The notes beneath the pieces were generated by a model. It was not told where the DNA came from. It did no database searches and was given only the letters and a program-made list of their open reading frames with translations. The translations under genes and the position numbers were made by a program. DNA of 64,000 nucleotides from Polyangiaceae bacterium. GTDB lineage: Bacteria; Myxococcota_A; Polyangia; Polyangiales; Polyangiaceae. Shown piece by piece: positions 1 to 9,871 of this stretch. Where the stretch lies: positions 239,350-303,349 of the forward strand of contig JBNKBE010000003.1 in NCBI GenBank assembly GCA_050287085.1, read 5' to 3'. Positions within the stretch are counted from its first letter, which is position 1; each line of letters begins with the position of its first letter.

Positions 1-2
1 AC

Positions 3-956
3 CGGCGGGATGCAATTCTGACTGCGTTGAAGTCGCGACTGCTCCAAGGAGGCTTCGCGGATCTAAACTACAACGAGTTTACCAGCGCCGAAGCGGAGGT
101 CGGCGACGTGCTGGCTTCGGCCCGTATGGTCCCCATGCTCAGCCCCCATCGTCTAGTCGTGCTCCGCGATCTCGACCGTTGGGAAGGCCGAAACGAGCGC
201 AGCGCCACCTCGGACAAGACCCCTCTCGACCTACTTGCAAGCTACTGCGAAGCCCCCGTTCCGTCATGCACGCTGGTACTGATGGCCGGCAAGCTCAACG
301 GCCGTCGTCGTCTCGTCACGCTAGCAAAGAAGCTGGGGTTCGTCGTCGACTGCGCGCCATTATCAAAACAGGACATTCCTCGCTGGATCGAGGCGGCTGT
401 GGCTAAACGCGGCCAGAAGATATCGCCGAGTGCAGCAGCTTTGCTTGCCGAGGTAAAGGGGCCGGAGCTGGCTCCTCTTGACGACGCCGTCGAACGATTG
501 TGCTTGTACGCCGATGGCAGTGAAATAACGGAAGCCACATTGGAAGCAGTCATGCCAGTCGTACGCCCCGCTACGGTCTGGGAGCTTCTTGACGCGCTCT
601 TGCAACAAGACGTCACGCACGCCCTCGTTCTGCTGAGCAAGGTGTACGAACCGAAAGATCGCGGTCTGCCGTTGCTCGGGCTCGTGACCTGGTCGGTTCG
701 ACAGCTAGCCAAGTTCCAGGCCGCACGGCGCGAAGGCAAGCGGCCTGAAGAAGCGGGACGTGAAGCGGGAGTGCCTCCTTTCCGTGTCCAGTCCCTCGAG
801 AGAACCCAGCAACGGCTGAACCCAGCATTGCTCGAACGCTGGTTGCGCATACTCCGCGATACCGATCATGCACTCAAGGGAGGAAGCCGCCTGCCTGCGC
901 TGCAGATATTGGAAACAACCTTGATCGAGTTGTGCCGTGAGGGTGCGGCGAACTGA
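3..956 (+). CDS. holA: DNA polymerase III subunit delta (5' end truncated by window edge)
   Basis: Frame is open from nt 3 with no stop. 'ARMVPMLSPHRLVVLRD', 'AVERLCLYA', 'TVWELLDAL' and C-terminal 'DHALKGG' are typical HolA segments. Confidence 0.9.
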   Translation, partial: RRDAILTALKSRLLQGGFADLNYNEFTSAEAEVGDVLASARMVPMLSPHRLVVLRDLDRWEGRNERSATSDKTPLDLLASYCEAPVPSCTLVLMAGKLNGRRRLVTLAKKLGFVVDCAPLSKQDIPRWIEAAVAKRGQKISPSAAALLAEVKGPELAPLDDAVERLCLYADGSEITEATLEAVMPVVRPATVWELLDALLQQDVTHALVLLSKVYEPKDRGLPLLGLVTWSVRQLAKFQAARREGKRPEEAGREAGVPPFRVQSLERTQQRLNPALLERWLRILRDTDHALKGGSRLPALQILETTLIELCREGAAN

Positions 957-1001
957 CGGCCACTTGGGACGGCCCCGCCTCGGAAAAGGAAGGGTAGACG
1001 C

Positions 1002-2000
1002 TCACCACCGCAGGCAGGCGGCACACCACGACAAGCCAGCGCCAAATCCGACCAGCACCACCACCTTACCCCGTTGCACGCGCCCTTCGTGGAGAGCTGC
1101 GTCTAGGGCTATGGCGACTGAAGCTGCAGCCGTATTCGCGTGGGCATCAACATGGGAGTAGATCCGATCGTGACAACCACCAAGCGCGTCGCCAAATGCA
1201 CTCAGCATCCTAGCGTTTGATTGGTGTGGAACGATCAAGTCCACGTCGTCGAGGGTCAACCCCGCTCGCGCTACAACTTCGCGCACTACGCCGGGAACGC
1301 GGGCTACGGCAAAGTCCCACACCGCGCGACCGTTCATGCGGAGCTGGTGCCGATGCTCCGCGACGTCCTTCGGAGTTACGGGCCGACGCGATCCACCAGC
1401 CTCGAGCTGAATGTGGTGCCCGCCGCTGCCGTCTGAACCACTCAACGAGGCCAAGAGGGACGGACCGCCCTCGCCGGCGCCAACCACAGCAGCGCCCGCG
1501 CCGTCGCCAAAAAACACGGCCGTGGTGCGATCGGACCAGTTCATGATGCGCGAGTAGGCGTCCGCGCCGACCACGAGAACCGGCGCCCCGCCGTTCTGCG
1601 CGCACAGCGCATGACCGACGAGCAGGGCATGAACAAAGCCGCTGCATCCGGCATTGACATCAATAGCACCGCAACTGGCCCCCAGGTTGGCCTGCACGAG
1701 ATTCGCCGTAGCTGGTAAGCCGTGGTCGGGCGACGAGGTCGCACACACTATCGCAGAGAGAGCGCTCGGTTCGACCTCTGCACTCGTCAAAGCCCGCTGG
1801 GCCGCGGCCGTAGCAAGATCGGACGTGGCTTGGTCGTCGGCGACGACATGGCGACAACGGATCCCGGTATGCGACACGATCCAATCGTCACTGGTAGGAA
1901 GTCCATCATCTACCAGTTCCTGGTTGGTAACGATGCGCTCGGGTAGGTATGAGCCGGTGCCCAGAACTCTAGGGTTCTTCATTTCATTGTTCGATTGCAC
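1002..2000 (-). CDS. fabH: 3-oxoacyl-ACP synthase III (KAS III)
   Basis: 'GTGSYLPERIVTN'; Cys-His-Asn triad in 'AGCSGF', 'PHQSN', 'ANTAAAS'; 'FGDGAGA'; C-terminal 'GFGAGLSW'. Confidence 0.95.
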   Translation of the reverse strand: MQSNNEMKNPRVLGTGSYLPERIVTNQELVDDGLPTSDDWIVSHTGIRCRHVVADDQATSDLATAAAQRALTSAEVEPSALSAIVCATSSPDHGLPATANLVQANLGASCGAIDVNAGCSGFVHALLVGHALCAQNGGAPVLVVGADAYSRIMNWSDRTTAVFFGDGAGAAVVGAGEGGPSLLASLSGSDGSGGHHIQLEAGGSRRPVTPKDVAEHRHQLRMNGRAVWDFAVARVPGVVREVVARAGLTLDDVDLIVPHQSNARMLSAFGDALGGCHDRIYSHVDAHANTAAASVAIALDAALHEGRVQRGKVVVLVGFGAGLSWCAACLRW

Positions 2001-2126
2001 GTCGTCGACGAACGACTGTAACAGAAGATTGCTGCGGAGCAGGCTGCCACGAACGGCCGCGACTTTGCAACTCGATGCTCCCGCCGCCGCAGCTCCTCTC
2101 GCTTTGACAACCTAGCGCTGCAGAAA

Positions 2127-2160
2127 GTCGTGTGGGTTTCACCGGTGGGACACAAACGAC
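2127..2160. promoter_or_regulatory. 34-bp imperfect palindrome upstream of fabH, candidate operator
   Basis: GTCGTGTGGGTTTCACC|GGTGGGACACAAACGAC; 13 of 17 positions symmetric around CACCGGTG. Confidence 0.35.
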
Positions 2161-2299
2161 ATGAATGAACTCTTAACAACGGCTCAACCAGGCCGTATTG
2201 CGCTCTTGACTCGAAATCCAGCCGCGCAAGGTGCCGGCCCGTGTCGCGTCCCGGACTTGCCGCGTCAACTTGCACTCGCCAAAGTCGGCGTTTGCGGTG

Positions 2300-5200
2300 T
2301 CAAACGCGCGGGCCCAGAGACGACAAGGGTCCCGCGCGGGAGCTGGGCACCGGCAAATACTCGGCCGGAACACGGGTTGCCAGCAGATGCTCGGAGGCCG
2401 TCCGTGCGTCCATCGGCCTGGCGAAAAAGAAGCCCTGTCCTTGATCACACCCGAGTTGGACGAGGCATTGCAGTTGGCGTGCGGTCTCGATTCCCTCTGC
2501 GACAACCATGAGCCCCAGCCCCTGTCCCATCGTGATGATCGCCTTGACGAGCGCACGGTCGGGAGCACCATCGGCCAGCCCACGAACAAAACTCTGATCG
2601 ATCTTCAACACCGTTGCGGGGAAGTCTCGAAGATAACTGAGGCTGGAATACCCAGTTCCAAAGTCATCAATGGCCACGTGAACTCCAAGCGATAGCAAGC
2701 GAGCCAGAGAACGAGCGCAAAGCTCAGGCTCTTCGATCAGCGTACTCTCCAGGATCTCGATCCCAAAGGCGCTCGGATTGAGGCCTGTTTCCGCGAGCAC
2801 GGCCTCGACAAAATCAACGAAGTCCGGCTGCTGCACGTGTTCTGGCGGGATGTTGACGTGCACCGGCACCGGGGGCAGTCCAGGAGTCTGCCACTCGGCC
2901 GCCTGAACACAAGCGCGACGAATCGTCCACTGACTGATCGGTATCGAAAGTCCAACATCGTGCGCAACCGCCAGAAAGCGGCCCGGCCCCATCAAGCCCT
3001 GCTCCGGATGCCGCCAACGGATTAGCGCCTCCGCGCCACAGACGCGCCCATGGGAAAGGCTGAGCACGGGCTGATACCAAAGCTCCAACTCGTCCTCCGC
3101 CAGAGCCTGGCGCAAGCGTGCATCCAGCTGCAGCTTCTCCACGGCCTGTTGATGCATCCCGTGGTGAAAGACCTCATAGCGGGCGCGTCCTTGTACCTTC
3201 GCTCGATACATCGCGGTGTCAGCGTCGCGCAAGAGCTCCTGCGCCGAGCGCTCGCTGCCCCGCCCCAAACTGATTCCGACACTGCCGGAGAGAAAGACGC
3301 GATGTCCCCCAATATTGCACGGCTCCTGGAGTACTTGCTGGATCCGGTCGGCCAGCTCCGTGGCCTCGGCTTCTCCAGCGATGCGTGGCAACACAACGAC
3401 GAACTCGTCCCCGCCTAGACGGGCGACCAAGGCCGGCGCATCGGGACCGCGCGTCTCGACAACAGCGCGAAGGCGGGTGGCCACGTTGATGAGCAGCTCG
3501 TCCCCCGCCTCGTGCCCCAGACTATCATTGACCTTCTTGAAGTCGTCGAGATCGATGAAGAGGAGCGCAAATGTTCCGCCGCGCTCAGCACCGTGCCGTA
3601 CATGCTCCAGAGCCCGCAGCAGTGTGAAGCGATTGGCCAAGCCGGTTAGCGCATCTCGTTCAGCGTTGCGTCTGAGTTGCTCATCAGCACGAGCGCGATC
3701 GACGGCGGCCCCAAGCTGCGTGCCCCAATCACCCGGGCTCCCCATATGGTCTAGCAACTCGGAATCCAAGGGATAACAAAGCGCAAACAGACCGTACTCG
3801 CAGCCGTCACCGCCCCGAATGCTCGCGACTGTCAACATCGTGTTGGTGTCGTGCGCGGCGTCGACAAAAGCCCGCGGAGGGAATGCCTCCGGACTGAACA
3901 TCGTCGCATGTGCGGACACCACGGGCGAGCCCTCACGGGTGAACTGCCCAACCAGCTCCAGCTGCTTAGGCGCCTCCTCCTCTTCCGCTGCGTATTTGGC
4001 ATGGGGGCGCCACAGAGCACAGCAGCCGAGCTGCGCCAGGCCCCACTGCAACCAGCTCAAGTCGCGAAGCGGATCATTGTGTGGATTGCCAAGGGCGGCG
4101 GTAATCCGATAGCCCGCCTCGGACACGGATTCGTATTGCGCCACGAGGACGCGTTCTGAGCGCTGCCAGGCGTGGAGCAAAGTGACCCGCAAGTCGCGCA
4201 GGAAGGTCGTGATGCGGGGATTGAACTCCAGTTCTGGGCACCAGGCACGAGCCGTCGTCTCGAGCAGATTCATCATCCGCACCAAGCTCTCAGCGTCGCG
4301 CTGAAAATCAAGGTAAGGCAGCCACCACGCCAAGATGGGCTGTTCCAAAGGAACAACCCCTTCGACTGCGGCGTGAAGGCCGCGCGCAATCAGCTCCGCG
4401 CCGGGCCAATCAGCCACCCCTACGTCTCGCCCGCTCCGGCCAGACGCCTGTCGCAGAAGCTCGCTCATGAGCATAGCCGCACGGTCCGGCTCCCCCCTGC
4501 GAACCGGCGGCAACAACGTGTGCGCAGCGGTGCATCCACACGAACGACGAAGCACCATTCGAGCGGGAACCCGGACCTGCGCGGGCAATGGTTCGCCGAG
4601 CAAGAGACGATTGAGCAGTAGTTCCGTGGCGCTGGCGGCGACAGCTCGAAAGTCCTGATGAACAGTCGTAAGCGGGGGTTCAGCAAACTGCGCCCCTTGA
4701 ATATCGTCGAAGCCAACGACCGCAAGGTCGCGAGGCAGTCTCTTACCTGCCCGGATCAAACGCGCCATTAGACCGAGCGCCATGCGATCGGTGGCCGCTA
4801 TCAACGCCGTACAGGGGAATGCCCCTACCTCATCTTCCGCCAGCAGAAGGCGCTCTGCGATGCGCTCCCCCGCGCTCTCATCATCCGAAAAGGAACGTAG
4901 CAACAGCGACGGATCGTGCTCGATGCCGTGTTCCGCCAGCGCCGCCTGATAGCCGGCAAGTCGTTCCCGCATCTCCGTTTGAGCAGGGTTGCCCGCGAAT
5001 CCAATACGGGTGTGCCCGTGCTCCAGTAGATGGCGGGTCAGAGCGCGGACGCCCCCCTCGTTGTCGGGAAGCACAGCACATCCGTCGGGTTCCGAGGCGG
5101 CAGCATGCACCGAAACAACTGGTTGCCCGCTGCGCGCAAGGCGGGCCATCAGCTCCGAATCGTCGAAGGCATTGACGGCGAGCCACCCGCAGATGTGGGC

Positions 5201-5374
5201 CGACGCGAGCAGCGGGTCATCACCTGAGTCGGCCAAGCGCAAGCGAGCGGTGTCGAAGGCAACAACCGCTGCTGAACGGGCCGACGCCGCTTCCAAAATG
5301 CCGTCGAGCACAGCCCCGTAGTAGAAGCCGCCCGTTTGTGGCGTGAGTATTCCGATCACGGTTTTCGGCGGCAT
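2300..5374 (-). CDS. LacI-type sugar-binding sensor + GGDEF + EAL diguanylate cyclase/phosphodiesterase
   Basis: N-terminal LacI ligand-binding fold ('GHTRIGF', 'VVGFDD', 'PPLTTV', 'RRSCGC') with no HTH; 'DALTGLANR', 'RLGGDEF', 'EALIRW', 'DDFGTGYSS', 'EGIET'. Confidence 0.93.
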   Translation of the reverse strand: MPPKTVIGILTPQTGGFYYGAVLDGILEAASARSAAVVAFDTARLRLADSGDDPLLASAHICGWLAVNAFDDSELMARLARSGQPVVSVHAAASEPDGCAVLPDNEGGVRALTRHLLEHGHTRIGFAGNPAQTEMRERLAGYQAALAEHGIEHDPSLLLRSFSDDESAGERIAERLLLAEDEVGAFPCTALIAATDRMALGLMARLIRAGKRLPRDLAVVGFDDIQGAQFAEPPLTTVHQDFRAVAASATELLLNRLLLGEPLPAQVRVPARMVLRRSCGCTAAHTLLPPVRRGEPDRAAMLMSELLRQASGRSGRDVGVADWPGAELIARGLHAAVEGVVPLEQPILAWWLPYLDFQRDAESLVRMMNLLETTARAWCPELEFNPRITTFLRDLRVTLLHAWQRSERVLVAQYESVSEAGYRITAALGNPHNDPLRDLSWLQWGLAQLGCCALWRPHAKYAAEEEEAPKQLELVGQFTREGSPVVSAHATMFSPEAFPPRAFVDAAHDTNTMLTVASIRGGDGCEYGLFALCYPLDSELLDHMGSPGDWGTQLGAAVDRARADEQLRRNAERDALTGLANRFTLLRALEHVRHGAERGGTFALLFIDLDDFKKVNDSLGHEAGDELLINVATRLRAVVETRGPDAPALVARLGGDEFVVVLPRIAGEAEATELADRIQQVLQEPCNIGGHRVFLSGSVGISLGRGSERSAQELLRDADTAMYRAKVQGRARYEVFHHGMHQQAVEKLQLDARLRQALAEDELELWYQPVLSLSHGRVCGAEALIRWRHPEQGLMGPGRFLAVAHDVGLSIPISQWTIRRACVQAAEWQTPGLPPVPVHVNIPPEHVQQPDFVDFVEAVLAETGLNPSAFGIEILESTLIEEPELCARSLARLLSLGVHVAIDDFGTGYSSLSYLRDFPATVLKIDQSFVRGLADGAPDRALVKAIITMGQGLGLMVVAEGIETARQLQCLVQLGCDQGQGFFFARPMDARTASEHLLATRVPAEYLPVPSSRAGPLSSLGPRV

Positions 5375-5548
5375 GACCCCTTACAGACCCTATCACGAGC
5401 GGTCGCCAGCGGCACCTTTCGCCGCGAACCGAGCCCTCGAGCTTCTCCCAATTCCACCCCTGCCTGCGCCCAGCGGAACTCCCCGCTATTGGCCGTCAGA
5501 CCTATCCGCTTGCCCGGAAAGCCCACCGCGGCTAGTGCGCCACCGATT

Positions 5549-6967
5549 TCACTCTCGACGCTTGCGGCCTCTAGCTCGCTCGCGCAGCGTGGTCGCCTGG
5601 CCCGGTTTCACGACCTGCCTCCCCCGGCTTATCACAAACGCATCCGCAGCCACGTCGTCCGTCACGGTCGTTCCAGCGGCCACCAAAGCTCTTTCGCCCA
5701 CACACACCGGCGCCACCAGCTGCGAATCAGAGCCGATGAACGCACCTGCTCCCACCTCGGTTCGATGCTTATTGAAGCCGTCGTAATTGCAGAAGATTGT
5801 GCCAGCTCCGATATTGGCTTCGTCACCGATGGTGGAGTCCCCAAGATAGGACAAATGCCCTGCCTTGGCGCCACGCCCGAGCGCCGTATTCTTGGTTTCG
5901 ACAAAGTTGCCCAATCGAGCCGCTGGTCCCACATCGGTTCCGGCCCGAGCGTGGGTGAAGGGCCCAAGTTGCGCCCCGCAGCCCACCACACAGCGCGTCG
6001 CGACGGTGTAGGGCAAGAATACGACATCCTCCGCCGCGCTTACATCCTCCAAGACACAACCGACATCCACGAGCGTCCCGCTTCCGAGCCTAGTGCGGCC
6101 ACGCAGACAAGCACCCGTGCGCACCTCGACATCCTCAGCCAACTCGACCAGATCATCGATCTCCGCGCTCGCCGCAACGCTCACGCCTGCGGCACGATGA
6201 CGTCGACGAATGCGCTCACGAAGAACGCTCTGCACCTGGACGAGCTGCTCCCGGTCGTTGAAACCGAGCAGCGATTCAGCGGGAAGCATGAGAGTGCCGA
6301 CGCGTCGCCCCTGTCGTGCCGCGAAGCCCACGATGTCGGTGAGGTAGTATTCACCTTGCGCATTGTCACAGGACAACGCGCCAATCGCCTCGACGAGCAG
6401 GGAAGCTCGCACCAGATAGATACCCGCGTTCACCTCCGCAATAGCTCGTTCCGCGTGAGACGTTAGGTCCTTCTCCTCTCGCACTTCCAGCACTCGCCCG
6501 GCAGCGTCGCGCAGAATCCGACCGAAGCCCGTTGGGGCCTCAGCGTGCGCCGTGACAATCAGCAGATCAGTCTGCGCTTCGCCGGCTTCCGTACACAAGC
6601 GGACCACGTCCTCGGAGCTAAGAAGCGGCGTATCCCCATAGACAATTAGGCAATACTCGCAAGACAACGCAGAAAGCGAGGCGCGTACAGCATCCCCGGT
6701 CCCACGCGGCTCGGCTTGCACGCATGTGGTTACAGCCGACGTGCCAAAGACTCCCGCAAGGTGCTCCGTCACCGCGGCGCAGTTTGCCCGACTTACTACA
6801 ACTTGGACTTTCTTCGCCCCTGAGGAAAGAGCCGCCGCCACTGGGAAGTCGATCACGCGACGCCCCGCTAGGCCGAAAAGCACCTTGCTCGTACGGCTCT
6901 TCATGCGCTTGCTCGCCCCCCCAGCAAGCACTACCGCTTCCATATCGAGGTCCGCCAAGTTCTTCAT
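5549..6967 (-). CDS. glmU: Bifunctional UDP-GlcNAc pyrophosphorylase / GlcN-1-P acetyltransferase
   Basis: 'GTGDAV', 'YGDTPL', 'EVNAGIY', 'NAQGEYYLTD', 'GNFVETK', 'HLSYLGD', 'CNYDG' and hexapeptide repeats; ATGA overlap with upstream gene. Confidence 0.96.
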   Translation of the reverse strand: MKNLADLDMEAVVLAGGASKRMKSRTSKVLFGLAGRRVIDFPVAAALSSGAKKVQVVVSRANCAAVTEHLAGVFGTSAVTTCVQAEPRGTGDAVRASLSALSCEYCLIVYGDTPLLSSEDVVRLCTEAGEAQTDLLIVTAHAEAPTGFGRILRDAAGRVLEVREEKDLTSHAERAIAEVNAGIYLVRASLLVEAIGALSCDNAQGEYYLTDIVGFAARQGRRVGTLMLPAESLLGFNDREQLVQVQSVLRERIRRRHRAAGVSVAASAEIDDLVELAEDVEVRTGACLRGRTRLGSGTLVDVGCVLEDVSAAEDVVFLPYTVATRCVVGCGAQLGPFTHARAGTDVGPAARLGNFVETKNTALGRGAKAGHLSYLGDSTIGDEANIGAGTIFCNYDGFNKHRTEVGAGAFIGSDSQLVAPVCVGERALVAAGTTVTDDVAADAFVISRGRQVVKPGQATTLRERARGRKRRE

Positions 6968-8976
6968 CGCTCCGGAATGAGTTGCGTAAGGACCCGAGGC
7001 GCCGGCGCGACGAGCGGGTCCAAAGGACGACGTTTGGCCGTAGGCTGCTCAGCAGTTGGGTGCTCCGTGTAGACGACCACCGGCTCGTCAGCGGGCAGTT
7101 TGCGGTAACGAGAAAAACGGTTGATGCGCTCCATCATTCCAGCGGAGAGACCGTGGCGACGCCCGATTTGGGCGAGCGTTTCCCCTTCGTGGGCTCGCAC
7201 GACGATGCGGCGACGTCCCTGCTCTTGTTCGGCAGCTTCGATGAACGGAACGCTGCCCGCCTCAAGAACGGTCGTGTGTTGTGGCAGTATGAGACGAACA
7301 TCCCGCAAATCCTTGGGACGCTGCACGTAAGCGCTGAGCACCATCTCACTTTGCAGAGCGGCTGAGGGATCCAGCTCGTTCCACTGCACGAGCTCCCGGA
7401 CGTCGACCCGGAGTGCCCGGGCCACCGACTGCAGCGTGTCGCCCGATACGACGCGGTAAAAGACACGGTGACCCTCGGGCACTGCGGCGTGAGCCGCTAC
7501 TGCCACCCGGGGCTCCTGGTCGGGCTGGTAGCGCCCATTCTTGGTGACCAACAAGACGGTCCCGGGCTCCAGCCGCTCGAACTCGCCAATGCCATTGGCC
7601 GCGATCAACGCCTGCTCCGTCATACCTGTGCGATGAGCAATGGTCGTCACTGTGTCGCCATGACGGGCGACGTAGGTGGCGCGGCTCGCTCCGCTCTTGA
7701 CCCCTCTGAGCGCCAATAGCGCTCTGCTGCCCGTGCCGGTGGGAAGCACTACGGGCCACTGACGCGCGTCGGCTTCACGCCCTCCCGACGCCTTCTTGCT
7801 GTCCTCGGCGCCGGCAGAGGGCGGCGTGAGGTCGCGCAGATACTGAGGATTCATGGCCCGCACCGCATCGACCGGAACGCCCGCCGCCTTGGCAACCCGC
7901 GACAGCTCAATGCCGGGGCCCACCAGGATTGTGTCAAACGCAACCGGGGGATCGGGCTCGATGTCCTGCAGCCCAAAGGCTCGACGATTGTTCATGACCA
8001 ACGCGATCGCGAAAATCTTCGGCACATACAGCGCTGTCTCCCAGGGAATGCCGGCCTCGTATTCCGCCAAACGCCAGAAGTCGTTGGTGTTGAACTTGCG
8101 GACGGAACGCAGCAGACCCGCGTGCCCCATGTTGTAGGCAGCCATTGCGAGTTCCCAAGTACCAAAGCGCTCGTGAAGATCGGACAAGAAGCGCGCGGCC
8201 GCGCGCGTCGCCAAACGAGGGTCCAAGCGTTCATCAACCCAGCGATCTACCGTGAGCCCGTACATCCTCCCGGATGACGGAATGAACTGCCACAGTCCGG
8301 CTGCTCCAGCCGGCGAGAGCGCAAGTGGGTTGTGCCCACTTTCAATCAGACTCAGCCAAACGAGATCCGTCGGCAAACCGAAACGTGTGAGCTCTGCCTG
8401 CAGCGCCGGCGTGTAACGCCCCACCTTCTTGGCCCAGACGCGCGCGATGGCGCGCCCCCGCTCCGTATCGCGGTAGAATTTGAGGTACTCGACCACCCGG
8501 GAGGTAAGCCGGATTGGGAAGTCCGGATGCTCCAGACTACGAAGCCACTCGGCATCAGACGCAGGTGCCAACGTGGCGCTGGGCAGCGCTTGTGCAACGG
8601 GCGGAAGACCTGATAGCTGCACCGATCCGTCGGTGTCCGACCAGGACCAACCCGGACGAAAGCCCTCAAGTCTCCTGGGGAATAATACAAGCTCCGCGTC
8701 GCGCAGCGCCGCGAGCTCAGGATCGGCAAGAGGGGCCGAACTCATTTCGCGAGGAAGCGTCCCAACAACACCACGCCGCGCCGATGTGTCAACGGGTTGC
8801 GCCGGCGCGCCTGCAGGCAAGCGATGCGAAGGCTCGAGGGGCGGGCGCCCCAGCTGATGCGGAGCGCGAACAGAGCCCGCCCACCCCGTAGCCATTGGGC
8901 AAGCCAAGTAGCCTGCGACGGAGAGCAGGAGCACGCGACGAGAGACCATTGGAGTGCAGCTAGCTCCGCGGAGCAA
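6964..8976 (-). CDS. mltD: LysM-containing lytic transglycosylase (MltD family)
   Basis: SLT motifs 'IESG', 'AAGLWQF', 'VDERLDP', 'AAYNMG', 'ETALYVPKI'; several LysM repeats ('GDTVTTIA', 'GDTLQSVA', 'GETLAQIG'). Confidence 0.9.
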   Translation of the reverse strand: MLRGASCTPMVSRRVLLLSVAGYLACPMATGWAGSVRAPHQLGRPPLEPSHRLPAGAPAQPVDTSARRGVVGTLPREMSSAPLADPELAALRDAELVLFPRRLEGFRPGWSWSDTDGSVQLSGLPPVAQALPSATLAPASDAEWLRSLEHPDFPIRLTSRVVEYLKFYRDTERGRAIARVWAKKVGRYTPALQAELTRFGLPTDLVWLSLIESGHNPLALSPAGAAGLWQFIPSSGRMYGLTVDRWVDERLDPRLATRAAARFLSDLHERFGTWELAMAAYNMGHAGLLRSVRKFNTNDFWRLAEYEAGIPWETALYVPKIFAIALVMNNRRAFGLQDIEPDPPVAFDTILVGPGIELSRVAKAAGVPVDAVRAMNPQYLRDLTPPSAGAEDSKKASGGREADARQWPVVLPTGTGSRALLALRGVKSGASRATYVARHGDTVTTIAHRTGMTEQALIAANGIGEFERLEPGTVLLVTKNGRYQPDQEPRVAVAAHAAVPEGHRVFYRVVSGDTLQSVARALRVDVRELVQWNELDPSAALQSEMVLSAYVQRPKDLRDVRLILPQHTTVLEAGSVPFIEAAEQEQGRRRIVVRAHEGETLAQIGRRHGLSAGMMERINRFSRYRKLPADEPVVVYTEHPTAEQPTAKRRPLDPLVAPAPRVLTQLIPER

Positions 8977-9200
8977 CGACGGTCAAGTTCCTGGCTCAGA
9001 CTGAACAGATGAAGGGCACCGGGTGCGCTTCCAAAGCAATGCCGTTGTCGTGCGGACGCAAGTCCGACAGCTCGTAGCGTCGCAACGGAATTCAGCACTT
9101 CCCGCGCGGGCGGCCCTTGCGCTCCATCACCCATTGCATAACCTCTTCGCGCGGCACTCGTGCAATGTGCCCTCAAACCCTCAACGAGGTGTTCTTCAGT

Positions 9201-9734
9201 ATGAAAACAATCGCTTCTCTTCTCGCCCTAGGGGTGTGCTTCGCGTGTTCAAATCCGCCCCCCCCAGAGGTTCCGCCGCCGCCGCCGCCCGCCCCCCTTG
9301 CGCCGCCGCCGCCGCCGCCGCCGGCCGTTATCGCGACACCCCAGAAGGCACCAACACAGGCCACTGTCGCCATCTCAGACCGGATCCGCGCTGCCTGCGG
9401 GATTCAAGATCACGACACGCTCTTCGCCTATGATTCAGCCCAGGTTTCACCTCAGGCGCGAAACGTGCTGCAGCAGTTGGCCACTTGCTTCACCACGGGC
9501 CCGCTGAAGGATGAAGGCATGCGCCTCGTCGGACATGCCGATCCGCGAGGCGATGAAGAATACAACATGGCGCTCGGCGGACGCCGCGCGGAAAACGTGA
9601 AGCGCGCACTCGTTCAACTCGGCATGCGGTCAGAGCTGACCAGCACCAGCTCCCGCGGTGAGATGGACGCCATGGGTACCGACGAAGCCGGCTGGGCACG
9701 GGACCGCAAGGTGGAGGTCATGCTCGCGGAGTAA
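9201..9734 (+). CDS. OmpA/Pal-family peptidoglycan-associated lipoprotein with polyproline linker
   Basis: Signal peptide with lipobox-like 'CFAC'; 'GHADPRGDEEYNMALGGRRA' and 'DRKVEV'. Start moved to ATG 9201. Confidence 0.9.
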   Translation: MKTIASLLALGVCFACSNPPPPEVPPPPPPAPLAPPPPPPPAVIATPQKAPTQATVAISDRIRAACGIQDHDTLFAYDSAQVSPQARNVLQQLATCFTTGPLKDEGMRLVGHADPRGDEEYNMALGGRRAENVKRALVQLGMRSELTSTSSRGEMDAMGTDEAGWARDRKVEVMLAE

Positions 9735-9799
9735 GCAGACCACGCTCGAAGACCCGCGGCGCTCCTGGCAAGTCCCAGACAATGCGGGCACCATTGAAG

Positions 9800-9830
9800 A
9801 ACGGGAAGGAGTTCGCTCCTTCCCGTTTTC
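9800..9830. terminator. Intrinsic terminator hairpin between convergent OmpA/Pal-family and degP genes
   Basis: Perfect 12-bp stem AACGGGAAGGAG-TTCG-CTCCTTCCCGTT, ending in a short T run on +. Confidence 0.75.
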
Positions 9831-9871
9831 GTCTATTCCGCCATCACGCTCTTGAGCAGTACCTCAGCTTG

